DNA of 64,000 nt, from the NCBI RefSeq assembly GCF_006345805.1, contig NC_043014.1, positions 15,190,001 to 15,254,000 of the forward strand. Reading direction: 5' to 3'. The position numbers were made by a program, and so were the translations under genes. Numbering within the stretch: position 1 is the stretch's first letter; each line of letters opens with the position of its first letter. Of the stretch, positions 1 to 13,372 are shown piece by piece. Under the pieces are notes generated by a model, which worked only from the letters and a program-made list of their open reading frames with translations, was not told the DNA's origin and ran no database searches. This DNA comes from Octopus sinensis. Lineage: Eukaryota.

Positions 1-240
1 CAAGATCATGGTTTCGAATCCTAGACCGGGAGGTGAATTGTGTTCTTGAGCAAAACACTTCATCTCACATTGCTCTGCGATTGCTTTGACACCTGACACA
101 TGGTACACAGTGCACCTGTCTAGATAATGTTTATTTGATGGAGAGAATGAGCTAACGCGTGGCACAAACATTTGATCATTATAAGCAAATCGTTTGTGCA
201 GGTAATTCACCAATGGCTGAATGTTCTTACATCATCTTCA
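1..240 (+). mobile_element. tRNA-derived SINE, head cut by the window edge, with its own tail type
   Basis: B-box-like GGTTTCGAATCC followed by TGTGTTCTTGAGCAAAACACTT, the core shared with the family A and E copies. Confidence 0.6.
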
Positions 241-283
241 ATGAGAGACCCCCACCATTATCATTATTATTATTATTATTATA

Positions 284-830
284 AAGGTGGTGAGCTGGCA
301 GAATCATATGTGCTTTGGAAACAATGCTCAGTGGCATTTTTTTTTTTTTGTTCTTTACACTCTGAGCTCAAATTCTAGGTGTCCAAACTGGGAGACAATC
401 AGACACAAGTCTTTGTGATAAATACTTAAAGGCAGATAAAATGCTTTCTGGCCCTTCTAGTTCTTTATAGTCTGGGTTTCAATTCCACTAAGGTCAACTT
501 TGCCTTTCATTCTTTCAGAGTTGATAAAATAAGCACCAGTTAGGTACTGTGGTTGATGTAACTGATAAGAACCTTCCCAAAAATTTCAGTTCTTGTACCA
601 AAAGTAGAAAGAATTATTATTATTTTTAAGGCTGTGAGCTGGCAGGATAATGTGTGCATTGGCCAAAATGTTTAGTAGCATTTCTGCTGGTTCATTACAT
701 TCTGAGTTCAAATCCCACTAAGGCCAACTTTGCCTTTCAGCCTTTTAGTGCTCATGAAAATAAAATACCAGTTTTGTACTGGTGTTGATGGCATCAACTA
801 ACTGTCTTCCCCTAAAACTGATGATGCTGA
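284..830 (+). mobile_element. Three consecutive family D SINE copies (Nin/Deu-domain-like)
   Basis: Heads AAGGTGGTGAGCTGGCAG, B box GAGTTCAAAT, core CTTTGCCTTTCATTCTTT...GATAAAATAAGCACCAG, (TTA)n flanks. Confidence 0.75.
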
Positions 831-2458
831 TCAAGATATAGAAACCAAACCAAAAATGATGTAGTCTTCTGACTTGTCTAGGAAGGCAGACTTTCACCAT
901 GATGATCCATCCAACCCATAGTGGCATGGAAAATGGATATAAAATGATGCTGATGATGATGGATGTGAAGAAAAATGAGAGCTCACAGACAAATCCCAAA
1001 CTGATAGGTCAGAATAATCAAGGTTAAAACACACAAAAAAAATCTATCAGCTGTCATTTTGTTCAAGATTTCTCAGGAAAGATCTCACTTAGGTGCCACT
1101 TTTACTCTCCCAATGGAAATATGGCTCTGTGGATTATTTCTAGCTCGTTTTGTTGACTACTTATGTGCCATAGACAAGGATGTCCCAGGGCTACAGAACA
1201 ATGACAGCAACACTTACATAGGTGCAGACATGGCTGTGGGGTTAAGAAGCTCACTTTACAACTGTGTGGTTTCAGGTTCCATTTCAGCAAGTCTTCTATC
1301 ATAGCCCTGTTGACAACTGTGAGTTCCTGGTGAATACAGAGATGCCCTGTCAATGACACTTTGCTTGATGCTGGGAAAAGTTGTTCTGACGATCACGGAA
1401 TCTCCTGATGAAACAGGACAGAGAAGTGGAGTTTTCTCTATCCTTGCACCTGAAGGAGTGCATATGCTTTGTATCCTTCTCCTTGAAGTCATTGGCTGTC
1501 GTGCCTATGCAGTGTTTTGTGATGCCATCAGATGGTGTGAGGGTGTCTCTATCAACCACAGCCCATGAGAGGCAGTATTCTGCCATAGGGCAGTTGGTAG
1601 GATTTCTATGGTTACAGGTTGTGGTGTGTATAGGAGCCTATGTAGCTGTGTTTGTGTATATTATAGAATGTGATATTAGAAGTGATGTTGTCTAAGCAGG
1701 AGTAACTGACCGTGACATTGTGGAGGTTGAAAAGTTTATAATACTTATGGGTTATAGGGAAATGTCTTTTTAATTAGCATCAGGAAGCTCCTGCTGTTGG
1801 TTCAAGCTATACAACTTCCAGATATAATAGTGACAACTATCTACCAACATCTTGTTCAACTACGTGGGCCTAAGAACAAAGAAAATAATTGATGTTGCTT
1901 CCAGACCAATAACACCACATGATCTGTGTTGACCAACAGAGGCTTAACATCTAGAAGCTATCTTGAATATGTCTCATATGCTTTCCCTCAAGATGCCTGA
2001 CAAGTTAGGTTCATTCTATGAGCCTACGAAACTGCTATCAATACATGTGTGTGTGTGAGCCTTTGTATCAGTTTGTTACATCCCACCTGCCACTTGACAA
2101 CTAGAGTTGGTTTGCTTACACACCCATAACTTAGTGGTTCAGCAAATGAGACCAATAGCATAAATGCCAAACTTTAAAAAAAAACCTAAGTACCAGAGTC
2201 AATCTGTTTGAGTAAAACATCCAAGGTGGTGCTCCAGCATGGCCTCAGTCCAAATGATAAATGATAAACCAAAAAATCTCTTTGTTAGCTTTGCTTGGAT
2301 TCTGCTTCCTTTGAATGAATGTTTTTGATATTTTATTTTTCTCTCTTTATTTTCTAATTTTGATTTTGATTGTTAAAGCATGAGAAACTGTTAAGATCTC
2401 TTAACCTCATAGAATAGTAATGCAGAACTGCACATCAGTACGTGTGTGCATATGCGAA

Positions 2459-2789
2459 GGCGCATGGCTCAGTGGTTAGAGCGTCAAGCTTACGATCGTG
2501 AGGTTGTGAGCTCGAATCCCGGACCAGGCTGCGTGTTGTGTTCTTGAGCAAGACACTTTATTTCACGTTGCTCCAGTTCACTCAGCTATAGAAATGAGTT
2601 GTGACGTCACGAGTGCCAAGCTGTATCGGCCCTTGCCTTTCCCTTGGATAACACTGGTGGCGTGGAGAGGGGAGGCCGGTATGCATGGGCGACTACTGGT
2701 CTTCCATAAACAACCATGCCCAGACTTGTGACTAGGAGGGTAACTTTCTAGGTGCAATCCCATGGTCAGTGTCGTGACCGAAGGGGGTC
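2459..2789 (+). mobile_element. tRNA-derived SINE family A, full length
   Basis: A box TGGCTCAGTGG, B box GCTCGAATCC. Homologous copies at 26168-26496 (+), 35447-35755 (-) and 33215-33370 (-, partial). Confidence 0.85.
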
Positions 2790-2790
2790 C

Positions 2791-2838
<48 letters not shown>

Positions 2839-2840
<2 letters not shown>

Positions 2841-3188
2841 GGAGGCACAATGGCCAAGTGGTTAGGGCAGCAGACTCGCGGTTTCGATTCCCAGACCGGG
2901 TGTTGTGAGTGTTTATTGAGCGAAAACACCTAAAGCTCCACGAGGCTCTGGCAGGGGGTGATGGTGAATCCTACTGTACTCTTTCACTACAACTTTCTCT
3001 CACTCTTTCTTCCTGTTATTTTCAGCCTTGTCACGCTCTGTGTCACACTGAATCACCCCAAGAACTACGTTAAGGGTACACGTGTCTGTGGAGTGCTCAG
3101 TTATTTGCACATTAATTTCACGAGCAGGCTGTTCCGTTGATCGGATCAACTGGAACACTTGTCGTCATAACCGATGGAGTGCCAACAA
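2839..3188 (+). mobile_element. tRNA-derived SINE family F, tail type 1
   Basis: Head GTGGAGGCACAATGGCCAAGTGGTTAG and core AAACACCTAAAGCTCCACG are shared with 31385-31684. Its tail recurs near 40090-40160 and, on the minus strand, near 6670-6790. Confidence 0.8.
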
Positions 3189-4867
3189 TATATATATACA
3201 TATATATATATATAGATAGATAGATAGATAGACATACATATATACACACATACATGTATAAAAGCACTCATATATACTCACTCTCATATGTATACATACA
3301 AATTCACAAACACACACAATGCCAGATGAAATTAGATGAATGACTTGTGACAAAAAAGGATAGGGATTCAATGATTCAATAACAATTTTCAAAGTAAAAA
3401 GAGAGAGAGATAGATAAAGGGACAGGTAGGGAGAGAGAGAGAGAGAGGGCTAGAGAAAGACAGAGGAAGAGACAAGAAGAAAAGTGACAGAAAGAGAAGA
3501 GAGAGAGAGAGAAGAAAAGTGAAAGAGTAAGAGAGAGATGGGGAGAAGGAAAGAGAGACAGAGAGAAAAAAGGAGACAGGGACATACACACAGTAAGAAA
3601 GAGAGACACAGAGAGACAGAGAGAAAGAGAGAAGTAGAGAGATCAACAATTGAAAAAAAAAAAAGGAATACACCCACTTAAAACGGTAAGGTTTATTTTC
3701 AGAACAAAAAAAAAAAGAATTTTGCTAAATATATTCCTTGGTTTTTAAAATAAAAAATAAAATGAAAAAAAAAAGGTAAAATCATTTATCAGAACTTCTG
3801 TACAGATACAAGAATTGATTGCTTTTTTTTTTATCACACCTCCAAAGAAATTTCGAATGGGTTACAGAGAAAAAAAAAACGAGGGGAGGGGTTGGAGAGA
3901 AGAAAAAGTATGTTTAGCAACATTTTAAGAAAATTGGTAAACATTTTTTAGTCAACGAGAATATTCTTCAAAACTTTTCTGGGATTGATTTATTTCTAAG
4001 GTTTTTTGTCAATAGTTATTGATACATGTAGATAACCCAGACTTTAAAGTCTAATCTATACATACATGCATACATACATATTTGTGTGTGTGTTGTGTAT
4101 ATATATATATATGAGAGGGATAAGTATCATGTCACTTTGAATGCTTTTAAATACATATATTATATGTATGTATGTGCATGTTTGTGCGTGTATATGCATA
4201 TAAATATATATGCAAATATGTGCGTATTTATATATCATATCATATATATATATTACTGTTTAGGTTATAAGAATATAGAAACTTCAAGAGACATGAAATA
4301 AGTCACATTTTAACAGTTGAATTTAATGTAGATAAAGCTATATAAAGAACAGCATTGTAAATATCGTGTTAAAAACCCCTTTGCATAGGAAAAGTCAAAG
4401 GATGCCTGTGGGATTGAACCTACAATGGCCTTTTGACTTATTCAATCCAAAGTGTTTTTAACTCAATAGTTACATGCTGTCATTCATACCTATATCTGCT
4501 TCAAGTTCTGTCATTAAAAACGAAATACATACATATACATACATACATATATATATACACATATACATATACATATATATATATATATAAGGGAGAAAGA
4601 GTTTAGCTATTTTGATAATTTCATCCTTGACAATAAGTGAATGAAAATTTCTGCACCCCTCTCTTTTGATGTCATACTATATAAAGAACAGCTTTTGATG
4701 AGTCTTCGGTAAAAATGATGATGATGATGATTCCAAGTTTTGGGTCAAGGCCCGCAGTTTTACTGTGAGGGGATAGTCAATTATAATAACACCATACCTC
4801 ACCGTAACATTATTTTATCAATCCTGAAAGGATGAAAGCTAAAGTTGACCTCAAAGGGATTTGAACT

Positions 4868-5160
4868 CAGTGGCACGTAAAAAGCACCATCTGATCGTGG
4901 CCGTTGCCAGCCTCGCCTGGCCTCCATGCTGGTGGCATGTAAAAAGCACCATCCGATCATGGTCGTTTGCCAGCCTCCTGGCACGTAAAAAGCACCCACT
5001 ACACTCACAGAGTGGTTGGCGTTAGGAAGGGCATCCAGCCGTAGAAACATTGCCAGATCAGACTGGGCCTGGTGCAGCCTTCTGGCTTCCCAGACTCCAG
5101 TTGAACCGTCCAACCCATGCTAGCATGGAAAGTGGATGCTAAACGATGATGATGATGATG
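4868..5160 (+). mobile_element. Family C retroposon: (GAT)n tail and internal ~62-bp tandem units
   Basis: GTTGGCGTTAGGAAGGGCATCCAG...CATGCTAGCATGGAAAG...AAACGATGATGATG. Other copies: 21825-22021, 23540-23845, 37385-37780, 56262-56492 (+) and 42445-42965, 43633-43980, 45860-46575 (-). Confidence 0.8.
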
Positions 5161-6087
5161 AATGTAAAGAGTTGGGAAGAAATGGTGCTAAGCATTTTGC
5201 CTGATGTACTAAGGATTATGCCAGCTCCCTGCCTTATAATAATCCTTTCTACTAGCAGCACAAGGTCTCAAATTTATGGGGAGGGGACTAGTCGATTATA
5301 TCAACCCCAGTGTTTCACTGGTACTTAATTTATCAACCCCGAAAGGATGACAGGCTAAGTTGACCTCGGCAGAATATGAATTCAGAATGTAGCGGTAGAC
5401 AAAATACAGCTAAGCAATTCGCCTGGTGTGCTAACGATTCTGCCAGCTCACCGCCTTTAATAATAGTAATAATAATAATAATAATTCTTTCTACTATAGG
5501 CACAAGGCCTGAAATTTGCAGGGAGAGGTTAAGTTGATTACATCAACCTCAGTACTCAACTGGTACTTAATTTATCGACCCCAAAAGGATGAAAGGCAAA
5601 GTCAACCTTGGTGGAACTTGAACTCAGAATGTAGCTGAGCATTTCACCCAGCACGCAAATGATTCTGCCAGCTCACCACCTTGTATAATAATAATAATAA
5701 TAATGCTTTCAAGGGCTAAGTGGGTGGGTGAAAGTGGATTACTGGTACTTAGTTCATTGACCCCGCAAACATGAAAAGCAAAGCTGACCTTAGAGGAATT
5801 TGAACTCACAATATGAAGAGACAAGATGTTGCTGAGTAGTTTACCTGATGTGCTAAGGATTCTGACAGCTTACTACCTTATAATAATAATAATAATCCTT
5901 TCTACTAAAGGCACAAGGCCTGAAATTTTGGGGGAGGGGGATAGTCGATTACATCAACCCCAGTGCATAACTGGTACTTATTTCATCGGCCCTGAAAGGA
6001 TGAAAGACAAAGTCAACTTTGGCAGAATTTGAACTCAGAATGTAGAGATAAGCAAAATACCACTAACAATTCTACCTACTCATAGCC

Positions 6088-6125
<38 letters not shown>

Positions 6126-9087
6126 CCTCTCTAATATAGGTACAAGGCCTGAAATTGAGAGAAGGGACTAGTTGATTATATCAACGCTGAAAGGATGGCA
6201 GAATTTGAACTCAGAACGTAAAAATGGGCAAAATACCGCTAAACAATTTGTCCAGTGCGCTAACAATTGTGCCAGCTGATTGCCTTAATAATATTAATAA
6301 TCCTTTCTATTAATAAGCACAAGGCCTGAAATTTTGGGAGGCAGGGGCTAGTCAATTAGATCAACCTTGAACTCAAAGGGCACTTATTTTATTTTAACCC
6401 CCAAAAGGATAAAAGGCAAAGTTGACCTTGGCAGGATTTGAACTCAGAAAGTAAAACCAGAAGAAATATGCTAAGCATTTTGTCCAGCATGCTAAAGAGT
6501 CTTCCAACTTGCTGCCTGATAATAATAATAACAATAATAATAATAATAATAATAATAATTCTTTCTTTATAATAATAAAAAAAGTAACAGTAATAACAAC
6601 AATAATATCTGCAAAAAACTCTGGAAGTCTGAAAAGAGAATATTCAGTTGTTTAGTCAACTATCCAACCTGCTCAGTAAGTGGCTGAGTATTCCACAGAC
6701 ATGTGTGCCCTTAACATATTACTCAAGCAAAATCAGTGCGACACAGTCTGGAACAAAGCTGGACCTTTGGATTACAGATACACTCTAACTATTCATCTGA
6801 AAGGCTTCTGAACAGTTTCCTTCATTTACCCAGTTGTACAATAAAGTCTTGGGGAAGGGGGAAAAGTATTTCTAATGGAATAAACCCTTGAATATTCCTG
6901 GTACTTATTCTAACAACTGACCGTTAGGCTGCCAAAGTTGTTGCTTGATCTGGTAGAAACAGCAGCTAAATCACCCCAAAACACACTTAACTGTCTTGGA
7001 AAAAAAAAAGGAAGAAAAAATACATGGGTAATGTACTCCAAGTGACCCTTCCAGAAAAGCACCAAGATGGTCATGGCCAGATTGCATTTGATTATAGGAT
7101 TGTTTGATTAAATTTGACCTGAGACTATAAGTGACAGCTCAAGAAGAAAGAAGGGCAAAGCTAACAACATAGGTGGAATTTGAACTGTGAAACCTTAGGT
7201 ATTTAACACAGATCCCCCTCCCCACTACCTTTATTTTGATATCACACAATATAAAGGAAAGCTTCCGATGAGTTTCCAGATTTAATAATAAGGATTTCAA
7301 ATTTTGGCACAGGACCAGCAAATTTGGGGCAGTCAAAGTCGATTACATCAACCCCAGTGCATAAACCAAAAGTATGGAAGGCGAAGTTAACCATGGCAGA
7401 GTTTGAATTCTTAAAGTAAAGACGGACAAAATGCCACTAAGCATTTCACCACACATGCTAATGATTTTGCTAGCTCACCGGCTAAAAGTAAAGTTGATTT
7501 CAGTGAGATTTGAACTGAAATTGCAAAAACCTAGAAGAAATACTGTAAAGAGGTTTTTTTTTACCTTTTACCATAACAAGTTTACCAGCTCACTTGTAAC
7601 TTCCAGATCTAATAATAATAATAATAATAATAACCCTTTCTATTATAGGCACAAGACCTGAAATATGGGGAAGGGGGATAGTTGATTATATCGACTCCAG
7701 TGTTTCACTGGTACTTAGTTTATTGACCCCGCCAATATGATGAAAGGCAAAGTCAACCTTGGCAGAATTTGAACTCAGAATGTGAAGATGGATGAATTAC
7801 CATTAAGCATTTGACCCAGCTAACGATTCCGCCAGCTCTCCGCCTTAATAATAATGGTTTCAAGTTTTGGCACAAGGCCTCTCTGTCTCTGTCCAGCAAG
7901 AGAATTCAAATATTTACATTTCAGCATACTCTTATATCCCTCAATATTACACTCCACTCAGTTGAGGGCATCTGGTCTTGCAAGTACTTAGCAACCTCAC
8001 TCATGCTGGTGCCACAAAGAAATAAAAAACAAGAAAGTATACAGTACTCTCTGTAAAGTGATTGGTATTAAAAAGGGTATCCAAATGTAAAAACTGTGCC
8101 AAAAGAGACACTGGAGCTCAGTACAGCTCCCCATTCTACCGGTTCTTGTCAAACCATCCAACCCATGCCGGCATGGAAAGAGGGATGTTAAATGATGATG
8201 ATGATGACAACTGTAATACATTTTAATCCAATACTCTAGAATCTTGATGATGACGACGATAATGGCAACAATAACAATTATTATTACTACTACTATTATT
8301 ATTATTATTATTTCTAATTTAGATACAAGACTAACAATTTTTAGGGGAGGGTGTCAGTTGATAATACTTGACTGGTACTCTATTTTAAACTCCTACCCCC
8401 AAGGATAAAAGGCAAAGTTAACCTTGGCAGGATTTGAACTTAGAATGTAAAGACCTGAAAGACATGCCATTCAGCATTTTGTCTGGCATGCTACCAACTC
8501 TACCAGTTCACTGCCTTCATGATAATAATAATAATAATAATAATCTTTTCTACTAAAGGCACAAAGCCTGAAATTTTGGGTGAGGGGACTACTTAATTAG
8601 AGTGATCCCCAGTGTTTCACTGATACATGATTTATCAACTCCGAAAGGATAAAAGGCAAGATCGACCTCAGCGGAATTTGAACTCAGAACGTAAAGTCAG
8701 ACGAAATACTGCTAAGCATTTCGCCCAGCGTGCTAATAATATAATGGTTTCAAGAGTTTTGCCACAAGGACAGCAATTCGGGGGGAGGGGACGAGTCACT
8801 CATTAGGATGAAAGACAAAGTTGAGCTTGGTGAAATAATAATAATAATAATAATGATTGTTTCAAATTCTTGTACCAGGCCAGCAATTTTTGAGGGGAGA
8901 CCAGCTGATATCATTGATTGTAATACTTGATTGGTACTTTATTTTATTGATTCCTAAAAGATTAAAGATAAAACTAACCGAGGTAGGATTGTAAATCAGA
9001 TCCTAAAGAGCTTGAAAGAAACCACAAGTCATTTTCTTCCATGCTCTCCAATTCACAAAATTTGTTGCCTTTAATAATAACAATAAC

Positions 9088-9166
<79 letters not shown>

Positions 9167-9524
9167 TTAATTATCTTTTCTACTAAAGGCACAAGGCTTG
9201 AAATTTTGGGGTAAGGGGACTAGTCAATTACTTCATCCCTGAAAAACAATAATAATCCTTTCTACTGAAGGCTCAAGGCCACCAATTCTAAGGGTTGACC
9301 TTGACTGTAAGTGAATTCAAAAAATAGAGCCAGAAAAAATGTTGCTAAGTGTTTTCAAGTAGCATATTAACGATTCTGCCAGCTTGTCACCTTAATTGAT
9401 CTTAGCAGGATTTGAACTCAGTATGTAAAGAGTCAATAATAATAATGATAATAACTGTTTCTAATAGAGGCACAAGGCTAGAAATCTTTGGGAAGGAGCT
9501 AGTCAATTATATAACCCCATACAC

Positions 9525-9736
9525 CAGTGCTTTTCAAACTTTTTGTTGGAGCGGAACCCCAAGGAAACTGGCTCAAGGAACCCCTGCGCAATAACTTAAT
9601 AGTTATATGCACACATATCTGCACAGGAGAATTAAAAATTACTGCCAATTTTAGCAGTTTTGTAACTTCTTGCAGAACCCCTGAACTGTACTGGCAGAAC
9701 CCTAAGGTTCCGCGGAACCCTGGTTGAAAACCACTG
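9525..9736. mobile_element. hAT-like MITE nested in a family D SINE
   Basis: Terminal inverted repeats CAGTGCTTTTCAA...TTGAAAACCACTG and repeated subterminal GGAACCC motifs. No clean 8-bp TSD visible. Confidence 0.65.
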
Positions 9737-10000
9737 TTCTAAATATATACAAACACACACAATACTCAACTGGTACTTATTTTATTGACTCTGAAAGGAC
9801 GAAAGTCAACCTCAGTGGAATTTTAACTCAGAATGTAAAGACATGAAATACTCACCACCTTAATAGTAATAATAATAATAGTTAGGAACAGTAAGGATTC
9901 TAAGGAGGATGTTGGCCATTGGATATAGCTCGCTTTTTTGGTATAGTGTTGGTATAACATCTGCCAGAGCAAAAGTGCCACTGAAAATAATAATAATAAT

Positions 10001-10320
10001 GTAGGTGCCCTAGGTATGATATAAAAAAAAATAAAAATAATAAAAAGGGGGATGCCAGAAACTTCTAGATAACATCCCAGGAGAACCATGTCTCAGAGAA
10101 ATCCAGAAGATTGTGCTGACAAGTACTGCCCGCATGCTTAGAAAAACGCTATCAATTTAAATGTCTGGAGGTATTTCGCTACTGCCCCTGCCACTTACTC
10201 TCCCCAGGCTTTCAGTTATACCATAACGTCTCTTATCCTTCACTTGCCTTAGGGCACTGGGTATGTTTCAGGACATAATTGCAACAAACATTCAAATTAA
10301 AAGTAAATACCAACAATAAT
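10001..10320 (+). mobile_element. 5'-truncated R4/Dong-like (restriction-like endonuclease) non-LTR retrotransposon end
   Basis: Degenerate VGALGMI...LDNIPGEPCLREIQKIVLTSTARMLRKTLSI* (TAA at 10158-10160), flanked by (AAT)n on both sides. Confidence 0.7.
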
Positions 10321-11299
10321 AATAATGTTTTTTGAATTGGGCTCAAGGCAGGTAATTCTGACTGATTGACTGGTTCCTTATTTTATCGAACATGGAGAGA
10401 TGAAAGACAAAGTTGAAGTTAAATGATGATGATGATGATGATGATGATGAGGCATGTAAAGAATTGGAAGAAATACTGCAAGGTATTTTGTCAGATGCTC
10501 TAATGATTCTGTCAATCCACAGTTCTTTAATTTCTAAAATGGGAGCAAGGCTAGAAACTGAGGGGAATGGGGTGGGGGTAGATAAATGGATGCAATCCAC
10601 CACACACACACACCCTGTATTTAAGTAGTATTTAATACTTTTTTTTTTTTTTTATCAGGCCTGGAAAGATGAATGAAAGAAAAGGAGTTGAGACATTGGC
10701 AGGAATTGAAACTGAGAAAGTGAAGAGCAATAACAAGAGCAACAATAATGAAAATCAGAGAAAGAAAGAGAGAGAAAATATGTTAAACTGAAAAAGAAAG
10801 AAAGAAAGAAAAAAACAACAGATGAAACACGAGAGGATGTCCTTTTATGTCGGGCAATGTTGACAGAGGGGACAGAGCAGGAGTTGGGTAAGAAACGGTT
10901 TGGTATGGCTGCTTTGGCACTGCCTGTTTGGTCTTGCTGATTTGACGCTTATGTAACACCAGACATTGTAGTGTTTTTCTCGTCCTCTCTCTGTTTATGT
11001 ACATGAGCATTATTTTTTCTTTATGTGAATGAAGAGAGAGAAAGTGTTTCTATCTCTCTCTCTCTCTTTCTGTGTGTGTGTGTTTGCCTCCAGTGCCGAA
11101 AAGTACTGCGGCCAAAACCAAGGCTAAATGTCTCATCAGCCGGACCAAAATGTTCAGCGTCCAAAGAGCAGCAATGCAATCGTCTCATTCCGAGCAAGGG
11201 ACAGGCTTTAAGCAATAAAGTATATGGGTTCTAGTGAAACGAGGAACACAAGTGGTGGGTTTAAGAGATGCAACAGTGACAATGGAAGAAGTTAAAAGA

Positions 11300-13322
11300 A
11301 GGAGAGGGATCGTAAGGGGAGATAAATGGGAAGGAGACCACAATATCTAAATCAGCAAAGGTTTCGTTACCATAAAAACTAATTACTCAGTTTTCTTTGT
11401 TGTTTTCCTTCTTCTTTATTTTCTCTTAAATAATTTAATCCATTGTTTTTCTCCAAAAGTAGATCCAGTCTTGAAATATCCCCCAAACATGTAATTCCTC
11501 CATTCCTGTGTGCTTCTACATTAAATATGCTTCTGGCTTGTATGTGTAGACACAACTATATACATACATATATATATACATACACACACACACACACATA
11601 TATACACATACATAAATATATATACACACACACACATATAAAGTTAACAATGTGTTATACAAACAATAGACACAGCCTGGAAACAGGACTCAATACAAGA
11701 GCAGATTCTAAAAAAGTGGTAGAGTTTGAATCAGCCATACATTTGATGACACTTCAAAGTTACTGTCAGTAATATAGATATATGTATGTATATATGTAGA
11801 CAAACCAAATATTTTGAGAGCATTTAATGTGTATATTTTGAAATGTATTAACTGAAGAAGATTATGTGTAAGGGGATGTATTTCCTATTGTATGTTACGC
11901 AAAATCTGAAACATGCGTATTAAATGCTTTTGAGATAAGAGGATAGTTGTCCAAAGGTCACAGAAAAACACAACTCTTAGAAAAGAAATTGAGAAGTTAT
12001 GCTTTTGTATTGTCTGGCTATATATATTACTACTTATGGCATATTAGTGGACAGAATGTTATTTAGTTTTGTGCAGACTATTGCATTTGGCAATACCAAC
12101 AAGATTGATATTGCCAAGAGCAACCATCACCAACATAGTGACTTGTTGTATACCATAACCAGCAATATAGTACTCAAAAGAATAAAAGTATACATATATA
12201 TATATATATATACACACGTCTTATTTATTATTTTGCACATTACTTAATCATCGTTATATGTTTTATCTTACATTTAATCTTTCTATAATATGTAATTTTC
12301 TAGATGGTATAATTTAATTTTTCATTATTGAATTGATTAAAGGTGGGTTTTTTTCTAATTTATATATATATATATATTTTGTGAAATTTGATTTAATATT
12401 TCTAAATTGAATTTTTCCCTGTAAGTTTGGAATAATATTCCCTCATATTATTATTACTACTATTATTATTATTATATACATATATAATTTGCTTACATAT
12501 TGCGATACTATATAGATTTGGTAATCTATAGCCTGAAACAGGAATTGCTGAAGTGGTATCTTGTTATTAGGCAGGTGTGAGTAATGCATGTATTTGTATG
12601 TGTGCATGTGTGTATAAGTTGCTTACAAATATATCTATGTATTGCAGTTAAGATTCTAAGTGAATCTGTGTATCTGGCCTATGCTATACACATAATTTTC
12701 AATGGATATTATTCTGCTCTGCCCAACTGTATTGAGTACTATTTTTTTTCCACATCATTGCATTTCATACTTGCTATTATCCCATACATATACATACACA
12801 TATACATTCAACACACAGACATATGTATATGTATAAAATTCATCAGTAAAATATGACAAGATTTCTTTACTGTCATCACAAAATAACTTTAAAAAAACAC
12901 AAACAAAAACCAATAGAAAGTCAATGGATGAAACTAGACAAAGTAGTGTGCGTAAATAGTTATCATAATAGAGAAGGTTGGCTTCCTTTGCCATAGTCTC
13001 CTTGTTTACTTTTAAGTGGAGAAATGATGAAGAAAAGGTAATTGTTATTATCAATATCATTATTATTATTATAATCATCATCGTCGATAATCCACATGAG
13101 ATTGTTTTTGTTTTGTAAAAATTCTTTTAATCAGAAAAAATAAAATTTATATATATATCTGTCTATACATGTGTATATATATATATATGTATGTGTGTAT
13201 ATGTATATTTATATAGACATGTGTGTGTGTGTATGTGAATACATACACACTCATACACATGTATATATACGTATATATATATATATATACATATATAGAT
13301 ATCATCATCATCAATGTGTGTA

Positions 13323-13372
<50 letters not shown>

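Larger units (their letters stand above)
4735..10740 (-). mobile_element. Stack of head-to-tail family D SINE copies separated by (AAT)n
   Basis: Many repeats of CCTTTCTACT..AGGCACAAGGCCTGAAATTT...GAAAGGATGAAAGGCAAAGTCAACCT...GAATTTGAACTCAG...GCCAGCTCACC. Six consecutive copies lie at about 5240-6520. Confidence 0.85.

Noticed and set aside
1059-1740. Cluster of overlapping 70-95 aa ORFs in moderately GC-rich unique sequence
   Set aside because: No recognisable motif or consistent splice signals. It may be an old decayed element and needs a BLASTx search, so it is left unassigned.
2459-2530. tRNA genes at SINE heads (also 31610-31684, 48260-48335 and others)
   Set aside because: A and B boxes are present but there is no complete cloverleaf, and each continues into a shared SINE core and tail.
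11120-11150. CTGATGA on the minus strand as a hammerhead core or C/D snoRNA box
   Set aside because: No stem II plus GAAA and no suitably placed D box.
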